Below the pieces are notes generated by a model, which saw nothing but the letters and a program-made list of their open reading frames with translations, was not told where the DNA came from and ran no database searches. A stretch of DNA of 32,000 nucleotides from Promethearchaeota archaeon (GTDB lineage Archaea; Asgardarchaeota; Hermodarchaeia; Hermodarchaeales; Hermodarchaeaceae). Location: positions 1,714 to 33,713 of the forward strand of contig JBHLPH010000010.1 of NCBI GenBank assembly GCA_048939625.1, given 5' to 3'. Positions 24,198 through 32,000 of the stretch are shown in pieces. Position 1 is the first letter of the stretch. Every line of letters begins with the position of its first letter. A program made the translations under genes and the position numbers.

Positions 24198-25142
24198 ATG
24201 AAGATAACCATCCTTGAAAAAACCGAAGACACCCTCAAGCTTCAAGTGGAAGGAGTTCAACCTGGTTTAATGAATGCCCTGCGCCGCATCATTATAGCTG
24301 AAACTCCATCGATGGCAATTGAAGAAGTTGTGATTCTTGAAAACCAGTCGCCACTCTTCGATGAAATCATTGCACACCGTCTTGGTCTTGTCCCTCTTCG
24401 GACGAATTATGATACCTATGTTTTGCCATCTGAATGCACCTGTCAAGGCGCTGGTTGTCACCTCTGTCAGGCAGGCTTTACCATGGAGGTTGAAGCACCT
24501 GAAGATGGCTATCTAGCCACAACAGGAGACCTCAAACCCCAAGACCCGGACACGGTACCAGTAAGTGATAAGATTCCCATTGCCAAAATGGCGAAAGGAC
24601 AGCGCATTGTTGTCGAAGCATATGCTCGGTTGGGGGTTGGGCTTGATCATGCCAAATGGCAACCCGTATCTACCATGGCCTACAAAATGATCCCTCACGT
24701 GGAGGTCGATCCTAAGAAGTGTGATGGATGTAAAGAATGCATCGAAGCCTGCTTTCGAAAGGTTTTCGAAATGCAAAACGACAAAGCTGTTGTCGTTGAT
24801 GAAATGAATTGTACCATATGTAATCTCTGTGTGGAAACTTGTGATGTTCAAGCCATTAAAGTAACATACGAAGAAAACAGCTTCATCGTGACGATTGAAT
24901 CCACTGGAGCAGCACCGCCTGAGCAAATTGTTGAGAAAGGCTTTGACGTATTTCGCGCAAAATATGAGAATCTTATTAAACTACTTCCAGGTCGTGCACC
25001 AAAAACCTCTACGAAACCAAAGAAGACAAAGAAAGCAGCTGCCACCAAACCCAAAATCACTAAAAAAACACCCGCAAAGAAAAAGACCACTAAGGCTAAG
25101 TCGACCACGAAATCGAAAGCCAAGAGCAAGAAATCCAAATGA
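24198..25142 (+). CDS. rpoD: DNA-directed RNA polymerase subunit D (Rpo3) with a ferredoxin-like 2x CxxCxxCxxxC domain and a ~50-aa Lys-rich C-terminal tail
   Basis: MKITILEKTEDTLKLQVEGVQPGLMNALRRIIIAETPSMAIEEV... The two Cys motifs are CDGCKECIEAC and CTICNLCVETC. The tail is KTSTKPKKTKKAAATKPKITKKTPAKKKTTKAKSTTKSKAKSKKSK. ATG 24198 has a GAGGTGA SD; the ORF-track start at 24111 overlaps uS11. Confidence 0.92.
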   Translation: MKITILEKTEDTLKLQVEGVQPGLMNALRRIIIAETPSMAIEEVVILENQSPLFDEIIAHRLGLVPLRTNYDTYVLPSECTCQGAGCHLCQAGFTMEVEAPEDGYLATTGDLKPQDPDTVPVSDKIPIAKMAKGQRIVVEAYARLGVGLDHAKWQPVSTMAYKMIPHVEVDPKKCDGCKECIEACFRKVFEMQNDKAVVVDEMNCTICNLCVETCDVQAIKVTYEENSFIVTIESTGAAPPEQIVEKGFDVFRAKYENLIKLLPGRAPKTSTKPKKTKKAAATKPKITKKTPAKKKTTKAKSTTKSKAKSKKSK

Positions 25143-25154
25143 GTGTGAGTCACG

Positions 25155-25514
25155 GTGAACTTAAAAACAACCAATGAAACTCGACAACAACTTATCATTA
25201 AACTGAAGCGTCAATCACGAAACCCAGGAGGGCGTATTTGGCGAACATTATACAAGGATTTGCAATCCGCTCGCCGGAAACGAATTACTGTGAATGTAAG
25301 TGATCTTCAACGATACCATAGCCGGGGATATACTATGGTTGTGCCTGGTAAAGTTCTTGGTGATGGAGTAATCGAAGATAAGTTAAATGTCGCAGCAGTT
25401 AGCTTCTCTGAACAAGCCCGTACAAAAATTGAGGGCAAGGGTGGTCAATGTCTTACAATTGAAGAACTAATGGAAAAGAACCCGACGGGTAAGAATGCTC
25501 GAATCATCAGCTAA
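25155..25514 (+). CDS. rpl18e: 50S ribosomal protein eL18
   Basis: 119 aa: TNETRQQLIIKLKRQSRNPGGRIWRTLYKDLQSARRKRITVNVSDL... It has a GTG start. Confidence 0.88.
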   Translation: MNLKTTNETRQQLIIKLKRQSRNPGGRIWRTLYKDLQSARRKRITVNVSDLQRYHSRGYTMVVPGKVLGDGVIEDKLNVAAVSFSEQARTKIEGKGGQCLTIEELMEKNPTGKNARIIS

Positions 25515-25527
25515 GGAGAAATAACAA

Positions 25528-26004
25528 ATGGTAAAACAATCCACTAAATCAAGCAATGAGGCACCAATCTCAATCGACCCACTCCTAGTTGATGCAAATA
25601 ACGCTGTTGCTGGCCGATTAGCCACCCTTGTTGCTAAGCAACTCTTACAAGGCGAACATGTTGTTGTAATTAATGCCGAAAAAGCCGTGCTTTCAGGAAA
25701 TCGCTCAAGTCTAATTTTACAATATAAAGAAGCCTTGGGTCGTCGAACCAGATCAGCACCCTGGAAGGGACCATTACATCCCCGACAACCCGATCGCTTA
25801 CTGCGACGAATAATCCGCGGGATGGTTCCATGGAAAAAAGACCGAGGACGAAAAGCTATGAAACGGCTGCGCGTTTATACTGGCACTCCAGAAGGGCTGA
25901 AAACGAAACGTTACATCGACATGTCCGAATTTGAAAGGACAGGGCGTCGAACAATTTACTTAGGTGAAATCGCCCGCGAACTTGGATGGAAGGGATCCGC
26001 ATGA
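25528..26004 (+). CDS. rpl13: 50S ribosomal protein uL13
   Basis: 158 aa: VDANNAVAGRLATLVAKQLLQGEHVVVINAEKAVLSGN... AAGGAG lies upstream. Confidence 0.93.
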   Translation: MVKQSTKSSNEAPISIDPLLVDANNAVAGRLATLVAKQLLQGEHVVVINAEKAVLSGNRSSLILQYKEALGRRTRSAPWKGPLHPRQPDRLLRRIIRGMVPWKKDRGRKAMKRLRVYTGTPEGLKTKRYIDMSEFERTGRRTIYLGEIARELGWKGSA

Positions 26005-26402
26005 AAATAACTGTAAGCTCAGGAAAACGAAAAACCGCCATTGCCCGTGCCACGGTACGTGAAGGCACTGGACGAATCCATGTTAACAAAACCTCACTGG
26101 AAACTTTTACTCCGTTAATGGCCCGCCAAATTATCGAAGAACCGCTCTTAATCGCAGGAACCGATATTACTTCAAAAATTGACATCCGGGTTAATGTACG
26201 GGGTGGGGGGACAATGGGACAGGCCCAAGCCTCTCGAATCGCTATCGCTCGCGGACTTGTGGATTTCACGAAGAGCGCTGATCTTCGGAAGCAGTTTGTT
26301 GAATATGATCGAACACTCATGGCTGGCGATTCGCGTCGAAAAGAAAAGAAGAAATTTGGTGGTCCCGGCGCTAGAGCCAAGAGACAGAAAAGTTATCGTT
26401 AG
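26001..26402 (+). CDS. rps9: 30S ribosomal protein uS9
   Basis: [29 protein letters not shown]...[14 protein letters not shown]. It has an ATGA overlap with the uL13 stop; the ORF-track start at 25986 is 5 codons upstream. Confidence 0.93.
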   Translation: MKITVSSGKRKTAIARATVREGTGRIHVNKTSLETFTPLMARQIIEEPLLIAGTDITSKIDIRVNVRGGGTMGQAQASRIAIARGLVDFTKSADLRKQFVEYDRTLMAGDSRRKEKKKFGGPGARAKRQKSYR

Positions 26403-26416
26403 AGGAGAAAGATTAC

Positions 26417-26617
26417 GTGATAATTCCAATTCGTTGTTTCACTTGTGGTCGGCTCGTTGCAGATAAGTGGGAAGAATATAGCCGCCGTGTACGTCAAGGG
26501 GAAGACCCTGCAGCGGTCTTAGACTCGATGGGATTGAAACGCTACTGCTGCCGGAGAATGCTTCTAAGCCATGTTGATATCATCGATGCGGTTCTTCAAT
26601 TTGCGGAGCGGACATGA
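26417..26617 (+). CDS. rpoN: DNA-directed RNA polymerase subunit N (Rpo10)
   Basis: 66 aa: [21 protein letters not shown]...[15 protein letters not shown]. It has a GTG start. Confidence 0.92.
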   Translation: MIIPIRCFTCGRLVADKWEEYSRRVRQGEDPAAVLDSMGLKRYCCRRMLLSHVDIIDAVLQFAERT

Positions 26618-27234
26618 CCATGACAGAAGATCTACTTGTTGCCCTTGACCAATATCTTGCCGCTGGAATCCACATTGGCACTCAGGTAAAAACGGTTACA
26701 ATGGAACCCTACATTTACCGGGTACGTCAGGACGGACTCTATGTTCTTGATATTCGTAAATTTGATGAAAGGGTACGGGTTGCTGCACGAATGCTCGCTC
26801 GAGTCGAACCAGCTTCAGTAGCTGTTGTCGGTGCTCGGCAATATGCCCAAAAACCCATTAACACCTTTTGTACGGTCATTGGTGCAACCCCGCTCTCTGG
26901 GCGGTTCATTCCTGGAACTTTTACAAATCCCCGGCTTCCCCAATATACCGAACCTTCTCTTATCTTTGTGACAGATCCACGAGCTGACGCCCAAGCCGTC
27001 CGTGAAGGCGCAAAAATCCGGGTTCCCGTTGTAGCATTGGTCGACACCGACAACTCTCTCCAATACATTGACCTTGCTATTCCCTGCAATAACAAAGGAC
27101 GAAAATCTCTCTCTCTGACCTATTGGCTCCTTGCCCGCCAAGTACTACGCGAACGTGGACAATTAGCACCAGAAGTCGAGTTTCCATTCAAAGTCGAAGA
27201 CTTCGAGGCAACTTTGCGTCGCACTGAAGCCTAG
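26614..27234 (+). CDS. rps2: 30S ribosomal protein uS2
   Basis: 206 aa: [45 protein letters not shown]... It has an ATGA overlap with rpoN. Confidence 0.93.
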   Translation: MTMTEDLLVALDQYLAAGIHIGTQVKTVTMEPYIYRVRQDGLYVLDIRKFDERVRVAARMLARVEPASVAVVGARQYAQKPINTFCTVIGATPLSGRFIPGTFTNPRLPQYTEPSLIFVTDPRADAQAVREGAKIRVPVVALVDTDNSLQYIDLAIPCNNKGRKSLSLTYWLLARQVLRERGQLAPEVEFPFKVEDFEATLRRTEA

Positions 27235-27365
27235 CACACTCCCTCTTGTTTTCATCGAGTCATGGAAAGGCTCTTAAGCATTCAACTCAGAATCGACTCG
27301 TAATTCCCTACCACACATGAGGTCATCCCCTCATTCCAGCATGAAATAGCTGGAGGCAAATTTCC

Positions 27366-28304
27366 ATGGGTAAAGGCTCAGGCTTTGGTAAAACAATTCT
27401 TTTTGGTGAACACTTCGTTGTTTATGGATTTCCCGCGATCGCAGCGGCAATCGGATCCACAACGACCGCGATTGTACGAAGAACACCCGAGCCAGGATGG
27501 TCATTAAAGGATAATCGTCCTGCAGTTCCTGGGTATAAGAAAAAGAAAAAAGATGAACAAAAGGCGTCCATTGAGAATATTCTTCGGTTCGCTGACATCA
27601 ATCTCGATGAAGCAGGGATTACAATCACCTTAGGCGGAAAATTAGTTTGTGCGAGTGGCATTGGAGCAAGTGCGGCTAGCTGTACAGCTATTGCCCGTGC
27701 ACTCAACGATGAATTTCGCTTAGGCTGGGATGACAACCAAGTAAATGCTTGTGCTTTTGAAGGCGAAAAAGGCTATCACGGAACCCCAAGTGGTATCGAT
27801 AATACAGCAGCCACCTTTGGCGGCATTGTTTGGTATAAACGCGATCCCAGTGGTGGTGCTCCAACAATTGAGACCATCAAAATGAAAGCACCGACCGACA
27901 TCGTAATTGCTAGCACTGGGATCACGGCTAGTACTAAGGAAGTAGTTGCAGATGTCCGCCAAATGAAAGACGAGAAAGGTAACTGGTTTAATCAAATCAC
28001 CGAGGACTATCTTGACATTGTAAACACAGCTAGACAAGCCCTAATTGATAATGACCTCCAGCTTGTTGGTCTGTTGATGAACCAGAACCATAATCTTCTC
28101 ATTGAAATTGGAGTCTCGTGCGTGGAATTAGAGGAGCTTGTGGGTGTGTCCCGTCAAGCAGGAGCATGGGGCGCAAAATTGACGGGAACAGGGCGGGGAG
28201 GAAATATGGTTGCTTTAACCCCAGGTCGAGAGTTGCAAAACAACATCTTTGGCGCAGTCAAACAACGTGGGTTCTCGGCTTGGCGGTACCAGATTGGCGT
28301 ATAA
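27366..28304 (+). CDS. mvk: Mevalonate kinase (GHMP kinase)
   Basis: 312 aa: GKTILFGEHFVVYGFPAIAAAI and GHMP motif II, GGKLVCASGIGASAASCTA. GGAGG lies upstream. Confidence 0.88.
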   Translation: MGKGSGFGKTILFGEHFVVYGFPAIAAAIGSTTTAIVRRTPEPGWSLKDNRPAVPGYKKKKKDEQKASIENILRFADINLDEAGITITLGGKLVCASGIGASAASCTAIARALNDEFRLGWDDNQVNACAFEGEKGYHGTPSGIDNTAATFGGIVWYKRDPSGGAPTIETIKMKAPTDIVIASTGITASTKEVVADVRQMKDEKGNWFNQITEDYLDIVNTARQALIDNDLQLVGLLMNQNHNLLIEIGVSCVELEELVGVSRQAGAWGAKLTGTGRGGNMVALTPGRELQNNIFGAVKQRGFSAWRYQIGV

Positions 28305-28325
28305 AAAATTATGAGGTGAAAGGTA

Positions 28326-29633
28326 ATGGGTTTACGTGACCATTTAGCGAAACTTGACAAAGAAGGCACCCTTCTTAAAATAGCTAAACCGGTGTCTAAA
28401 CGCCTTGAAGCCAGTGGTATTCTCAAGGCGGTAGAACCTCGACCGGTTCTCTTTGAAAATGTCAAAGATTCAGATTACCGGATAATGGGAAACCTGTTTT
28501 GTAGTAAAGAAAGTGTAGCTAACTATCTAGGAATTTCAACCAACGAGATAATTCCTACCCTAAGCAAAGCCATTGAAGAGCGGTCAGTTCCTGAAGAAAT
28601 TCAAGATGCTCCCTGCCAAGAGGTCGTTGAAACGGATGTTGACCTTGATAAAATTCCTATCATCTTTCATAACGAACGTGATGGGGGACCTTATATCTCT
28701 TCAGCTGTCGTCGTCGTTACTCATCCTAAATTTGGTCAGAATCTTGACTTCCATCGTGCAATGCAAATCAAAAAAGATATGATGAGCACTCGGGTCGTTG
28801 CCAAACGCAATTTTCATACATTCTTAGAAGACATTGGCGAAGTCAATGTCGCCTTTTGTATTGGCAATGCACCAAACGTTCTTGTTGCTGCGGCCACAAG
28901 TGTAGAAATCGGAATAAATGAATTAGAAATCGCAAATGCCCTTGAACCAATACGCGTTGTCAAGGCTAAGACCTCTGATTTACTCATACCGGCTGATTGC
29001 GAGTGGGTAATTGAGGGCAAGGTGTATCGGGATAAACGTCATGACGAAGGACCTTTCATTGATTTAACTGAGACTTATGATGTAATCCGTAACGAGCCGA
29101 TATTCGAAGTCAGCTGTATCACGCATCGAAAGGACGCAATCTGGCAGGCCCTTCTCCCTGGTGCTTTTGAACATAAACTACTCATGGGCATGCCCCGAGA
29201 GCCAACAATCTTCCGAAAAATCAACGAGAAAGGGGTTCGTTGTCTTGACGTGAATATCAACCCAGGTGGTTGCAGCTGGCTACACGCCATCGTGAAAATT
29301 GACAAACAGCGAGAAGAGGATGGCAAATTAGCAATTCAAGGCGCATTCGAAGGACATACCAGCTGTAAACATGTGTTCGTCGTTGACAAAGACATTGACA
29401 TCTATGATCCCTTCGATGTTGAATGGGCGATGGCAACCCGATTCCAAGGCGATGTCGATATGGTGGTTAAAGACAAAGAACGAGGAAGTAGTTTGGATCC
29501 GAGTGCAGAACCTGGCACCTATCTGACTACTAAGATCGGGTTTGACCTGACTCATCCTTTGAAGACTGAAGGTAAAAACTTCGCTAAAGCTAGTTTTCCA
29601 AAAGTAGACCTCTCCAAATTCCTGAGGGAGTGA
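28326..29633 (+). CDS. UbiD-family (prenyl-FMN-dependent) decarboxylase, a candidate trans-anhydromevalonate-5-phosphate decarboxylase
   Basis: 435 aa. The N-terminus is UbiD-like (LRDHLAKLDKEGTLLKIAKPVSKRLEASGILKA...). The function is inferred from its position between mvk and the aconitase-X genes. Confidence 0.7.
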   Translation: MGLRDHLAKLDKEGTLLKIAKPVSKRLEASGILKAVEPRPVLFENVKDSDYRIMGNLFCSKESVANYLGISTNEIIPTLSKAIEERSVPEEIQDAPCQEVVETDVDLDKIPIIFHNERDGGPYISSAVVVVTHPKFGQNLDFHRAMQIKKDMMSTRVVAKRNFHTFLEDIGEVNVAFCIGNAPNVLVAAATSVEIGINELEIANALEPIRVVKAKTSDLLIPADCEWVIEGKVYRDKRHDEGPFIDLTETYDVIRNEPIFEVSCITHRKDAIWQALLPGAFEHKLLMGMPREPTIFRKINEKGVRCLDVNINPGGCSWLHAIVKIDKQREEDGKLAIQGAFEGHTSCKHVFVVDKDIDIYDPFDVEWAMATRFQGDVDMVVKDKERGSSLDPSAEPGTYLTTKIGFDLTHPLKTEGKNFAKASFPKVDLSKFLRE

Positions 29634-29641
29634 AAGATAGA

Positions 29642-30832
29642 ATGAAGTTATCTACCCTGCAAATGGAGATGCTCAATGGAAAGCATGGGCTTGCGAGCCA
29701 AAAGAGCATGGAAATCCTCAATGCACTTGGCGAAATTTTTGGTGCCAAGACGATGGTGCCTGTTACCTCCGTTCAAATTGCTGGCGTCAGTTATGCAAAT
29801 CTCGGCGAGCCAGGTCTCGATTGGCTTGCGCAGATGGCGGAAGATGGACGGGTTCGTGTACTAACCACTCTAAATCCGGCAGGTATGGACTTGGAGAACT
29901 GGAAGGTCTTAGGTATTGATCCTGAATTTGCGAAAAACCAGGAACGTGTTGTCAACGCTTTTGCCAAGATGGGTATCATTACAACATGTACATGTACACC
30001 CTATTTAGTGGGCAATCTTCCTCATTTTGGTGAACACATTGCTTGGGCTGAGAGTAGTGCAGTTTGTTTTGCCAATTCAGTAATTGGCGCAAAAACAAAT
30101 CGTGAAGGTGGACCTAGCGCCTTAGCTGCGGCGCTCACTGGGTACACTCCGAAGTATGGGTATCACTTAGAAGAAAATCGTCACGCTCATATTAGCTTCA
30201 AGATTGAACCTAAAATCGAAGGCACCGCCCAGTTTGGTACACTAGGAAAGGCTATTGGAGATATCTTAGATTCAAAAACTGAATGGACAATTCCTTACAT
30301 TACTGGAATTCCCTCCGCGAATACGGATGAGCTTAAATCCTTCTGTGCTTCAATTGCAACATATGGGGGGACTGCCCTCTTCCATATGGAGGGCTTGACA
30401 CCGAATAAAACCAAAACACCAAAAGAAACCATCACCATCACAGCTGCTCAGTTAAAGGATGCAGAAGAGGAACTCAACGAGGCTGATGCAGCAATTGATT
30501 TTGTAAGTATTGGCTGTCCTCATGCCTCATTACGCGAAATTCGGTATATCGCTGAACTGGTTGAGAGCAAACAAGTGAAGAAGGAAACTTGGATTACTAC
30601 TGCGCGCCCTACCAAACAAGTTGCTGACCGTATGGGCTATACCCAAATCATTGAAGCCGCTGGCATCAAATTTGCTTGCGATACATGTTGTGTTGTAGCT
30701 CCAATTAAGGGACGGTTCACCGGGTTATGTACCGATTCAGCGAAAGGTTGCTACTATGGCCGTGGACGCAATAAATTCCAGACCAAACATTGTACCCTGG
30801 AAGAATGTATCGAGGAGGCGTTAACGGAATGA
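29642..30832 (+). CDS. Aconitase X catalytic subunit (DUF521), a candidate phosphomevalonate dehydratase large subunit
   Basis: 396 aa from ATG 29642 (MKLSTLQMEMLNGKHGLASQKSMEIL...), with Cys-containing segments (ITTCTCTPYLVG, SIGCPHAS, FACDTCCVVAP). An alternative GTG at 29630 overlaps the upstream stop. Confidence 0.75.
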   Translation: MKLSTLQMEMLNGKHGLASQKSMEILNALGEIFGAKTMVPVTSVQIAGVSYANLGEPGLDWLAQMAEDGRVRVLTTLNPAGMDLENWKVLGIDPEFAKNQERVVNAFAKMGIITTCTCTPYLVGNLPHFGEHIAWAESSAVCFANSVIGAKTNREGGPSALAAALTGYTPKYGYHLEENRHAHISFKIEPKIEGTAQFGTLGKAIGDILDSKTEWTIPYITGIPSANTDELKSFCASIATYGGTALFHMEGLTPNKTKTPKETITITAAQLKDAEEELNEADAAIDFVSIGCPHASLREIRYIAELVESKQVKKETWITTARPTKQVADRMGYTQIIEAAGIKFACDTCCVVAPIKGRFTGLCTDSAKGCYYGRGRNKFQTKHCTLEECIEEALTE

Positions 30833-31224
30833 CCATGAAATTCGAGGGTCGAAAAATATCTCCTGGCAAAGCAAGCGGGGAAGCCTTAGTCACCACTCAA
30901 GGCATCTCCTTCTACGGCGGAGTTGACCCAGAAACCGGAGTTGTCGTTGAAAAAGACCATGAGCTAGAAGGTCAATCCATCACAGGCAAGGTTCTCATCT
31001 TTCCCAGCGGAAAAGGATCAACTGTTGGATCCTATGTACTCTACCAATTAGCAAAGACCGGTAAGGGACCCGTAGCCATTATTAACCAAGAAACCGAAAC
31101 TATTGTAGCTGTTGGCTGTATTATCAGTGAGATACCTGCAATCGATAAAATCCCAATCAACAAAATCTCAACGGGTCAACAACTTCGCGTTGATGCGACG
31201 AACGGATTGGTCGAAGTCATCTAA
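30829..31224 (+). CDS. Aconitase X swivel-domain subunit (DUF126), a candidate phosphomevalonate dehydratase small subunit
   Basis: 131 aa: MTMKFEGRKISPGKASGEALVTTQGISFYGGVDPETG...VLIFPSGKGSTVGSYVLYQL. It has an ATGA overlap with the large subunit and GAGGAGG at 30812-30818. Confidence 0.75.
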   Translation: MTMKFEGRKISPGKASGEALVTTQGISFYGGVDPETGVVVEKDHELEGQSITGKVLIFPSGKGSTVGSYVLYQLAKTGKGPVAIINQETETIVAVGCIISEIPAIDKIPINKISTGQQLRVDATNGLVEVI

Positions 31225-31281
31225 TCTACTATAACTAATCCGAATCAATAGAACGCCATTGCCACCTCGGAGGGACAATCC

Positions 31282-32000
31282 TTGGCAAAAACACGATCTA
31301 AAACAGAATCGAAACAAAAAGAGAAACTCACCGAAAGTCGAAAACTGGATCATATCCGCATTTGCCTAGAGCGCGAAGTAGAATCCAGTATCCCTACCGG
31401 CTTTGATGATATTACGCTCATCCATAATGCTGTCCCAGAACTGAATCTCGAGGATGTTGATATCCAAACCTCCTTCCTTGGGCACAAACTTCAAGCTCCC
31501 ATCATGATAACGGCTATGACTGGAGGACATCAAGAAGCACTCCCAATTAACAAACACATTGCTCAGGCTGTGGAAAAATTGGGGTTAGCGATGGGTGTTG
31601 GTAGCCAGCGTGCTGCCATCGAAGACATCTCCTTGGCTGATTCTTTTACTATCACTCGAGAAGTCGCCCCAACGGCATTTCTTGTCGGTAATATTGGAGC
31701 GCCTCAACTCTCACTTGGCTGGGGCGTTGACGAAGTCCAAAAAGCAATTGACATGATCAAGGCAAATGCCGTAGCCATTCATTTCAATGCCACGCAGGAA
31801 GCGGTGCAACCGGAAGGTGAGGCCAATTTTGCTGGAGTGCTTCAATCGATAAAAACTCTCAGTGCTGAGATATCGACCCCGGTTATTGCAAAAGAAACTG
31901 GGGCTGGGCTGAGTCAGAGTACAGCCACGGTCTTGATGGCTGCTGGGGTAAAAGCACTGGATGTTGCGGGTTTAGGGGGCACTAGCTGGCCAGCTGTAGA
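31282..32000 (+). CDS. fni: Type 2 (FMN-dependent) isopentenyl-diphosphate delta-isomerase, 3'-truncated by the window edge
   Basis: This gene is absent from the ORF track because it has no stop in the window. My hand translation is ...SRKLDHIRICLEREVESSIPTGFDDITLIHNAVPELNLEDVDIQTSFLGHKLQAPIMITAMTGGHQEA...GVGSQRAAIED... TTG 31282 lies 7 nt after GGAGGG, and an in-frame TAG at 31249-51 limits the 5' end. Confidence 0.8.
   Translation, partial: MAKTRSKTESKQKEKLTESRKLDHIRICLEREVESSIPTGFDDITLIHNAVPELNLEDVDIQTSFLGHKLQAPIMITAMTGGHQEALPINKHIAQAVEKLGLAMGVGSQRAAIEDISLADSFTITREVAPTAFLVGNIGAPQLSLGWGVDEVQKAIDMIKANAVAIHFNATQEAVQPEGEANFAGVLQSIKTLSAEISTPVIAKETGAGLSQSTATVLMAAGVKALDVAGLGGTSWPAV

Noticed and set aside
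1-32000. CRISPR arrays, transposases/IS elements, integrases, rRNA genes and C/D-box sRNAs
   Set aside because: I saw no regularly spaced direct repeats and no DDE or tyrosine-recombinase-like ORFs. The RUGAUGA matches I noticed (for example 3189, 12871, 13588, 16128, 22593) lie inside well-supported CDSs without paired CUGA D boxes in an intergenic context.

Overview
This window is an archaeal core information-processing locus, almost all on the + strand. It holds the S10/spc-type ribosomal protein cluster (uS19, uL22, uS3, uL29, RNase P Rpp29, uS17, uL14, uL24, eS4, uL5, uS14, uS8, uL6, eL32, eL19, uL18, uS5, uL30, uL15). This is followed by secY, archaeal adenylate kinase, a DUF106/EMC3-like insertase, cmk, eL14 and cbf5. 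Next come a minus-strand tRNA-Ser(GGA), the uS13-uS4-uS11-rpoD-eL18-uL13-uS9-rpoN-uS2 cluster, and a gene set for the archaeal-type mevalonate pathway (mvk, UbiD-family decarboxylase, aconitase-X large and small subunits, partial type-2 IPP isomerase). Genes are tightly packed, with GGAGG-like Shine-Dalgarno sites, ATGA/TAATG stop-start overlaps and some GTG/TTG starts. Points that stand out: (1) cbf5 is split by a 40-nt insert that folds into a bulge-helix-loop splicing motif, and the predicted cleavage sites restore the conserved NLD|KPPGPTSHEV junction exactly, so this is a candidate mRNA intron. (2) The normally invariant uS19|uL22 junction is broken by a ~4.7 kb accessory insert. It encodes a double-motif LAGLIDADG endonuclease-like protein fused to several (w)HTH modules, a membrane-anchored beta-propeller protein and a long, eukaryote-style Trm112-like zinc-ribbon protein. 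uS19 also lacks the usual upstream L3-L4-L23-L2 genes. (3) Extreme, mirror-image strand-composition islands lie around that insert: the + strand is C/A-rich over uS19 and G/T-rich over 3185-4860, and the boundaries ignore gene borders. (4) At least six translation/transcription proteins (uS3, uL5, uL15, uS4, uS11, RpoD) carry Lys/Pro/Ala/Glu-rich low-complexity tails. (5) An Hsp20 gene is wedged between uL30 and uL15. (6) The tRNA-Ser has a 29-nt anticodon-loop intron for which I could not fold a strict BHB. No CRISPR array, transposase or rRNA gene was seen. All calls rest on reading the translations and sequence by eye. No database search was run.
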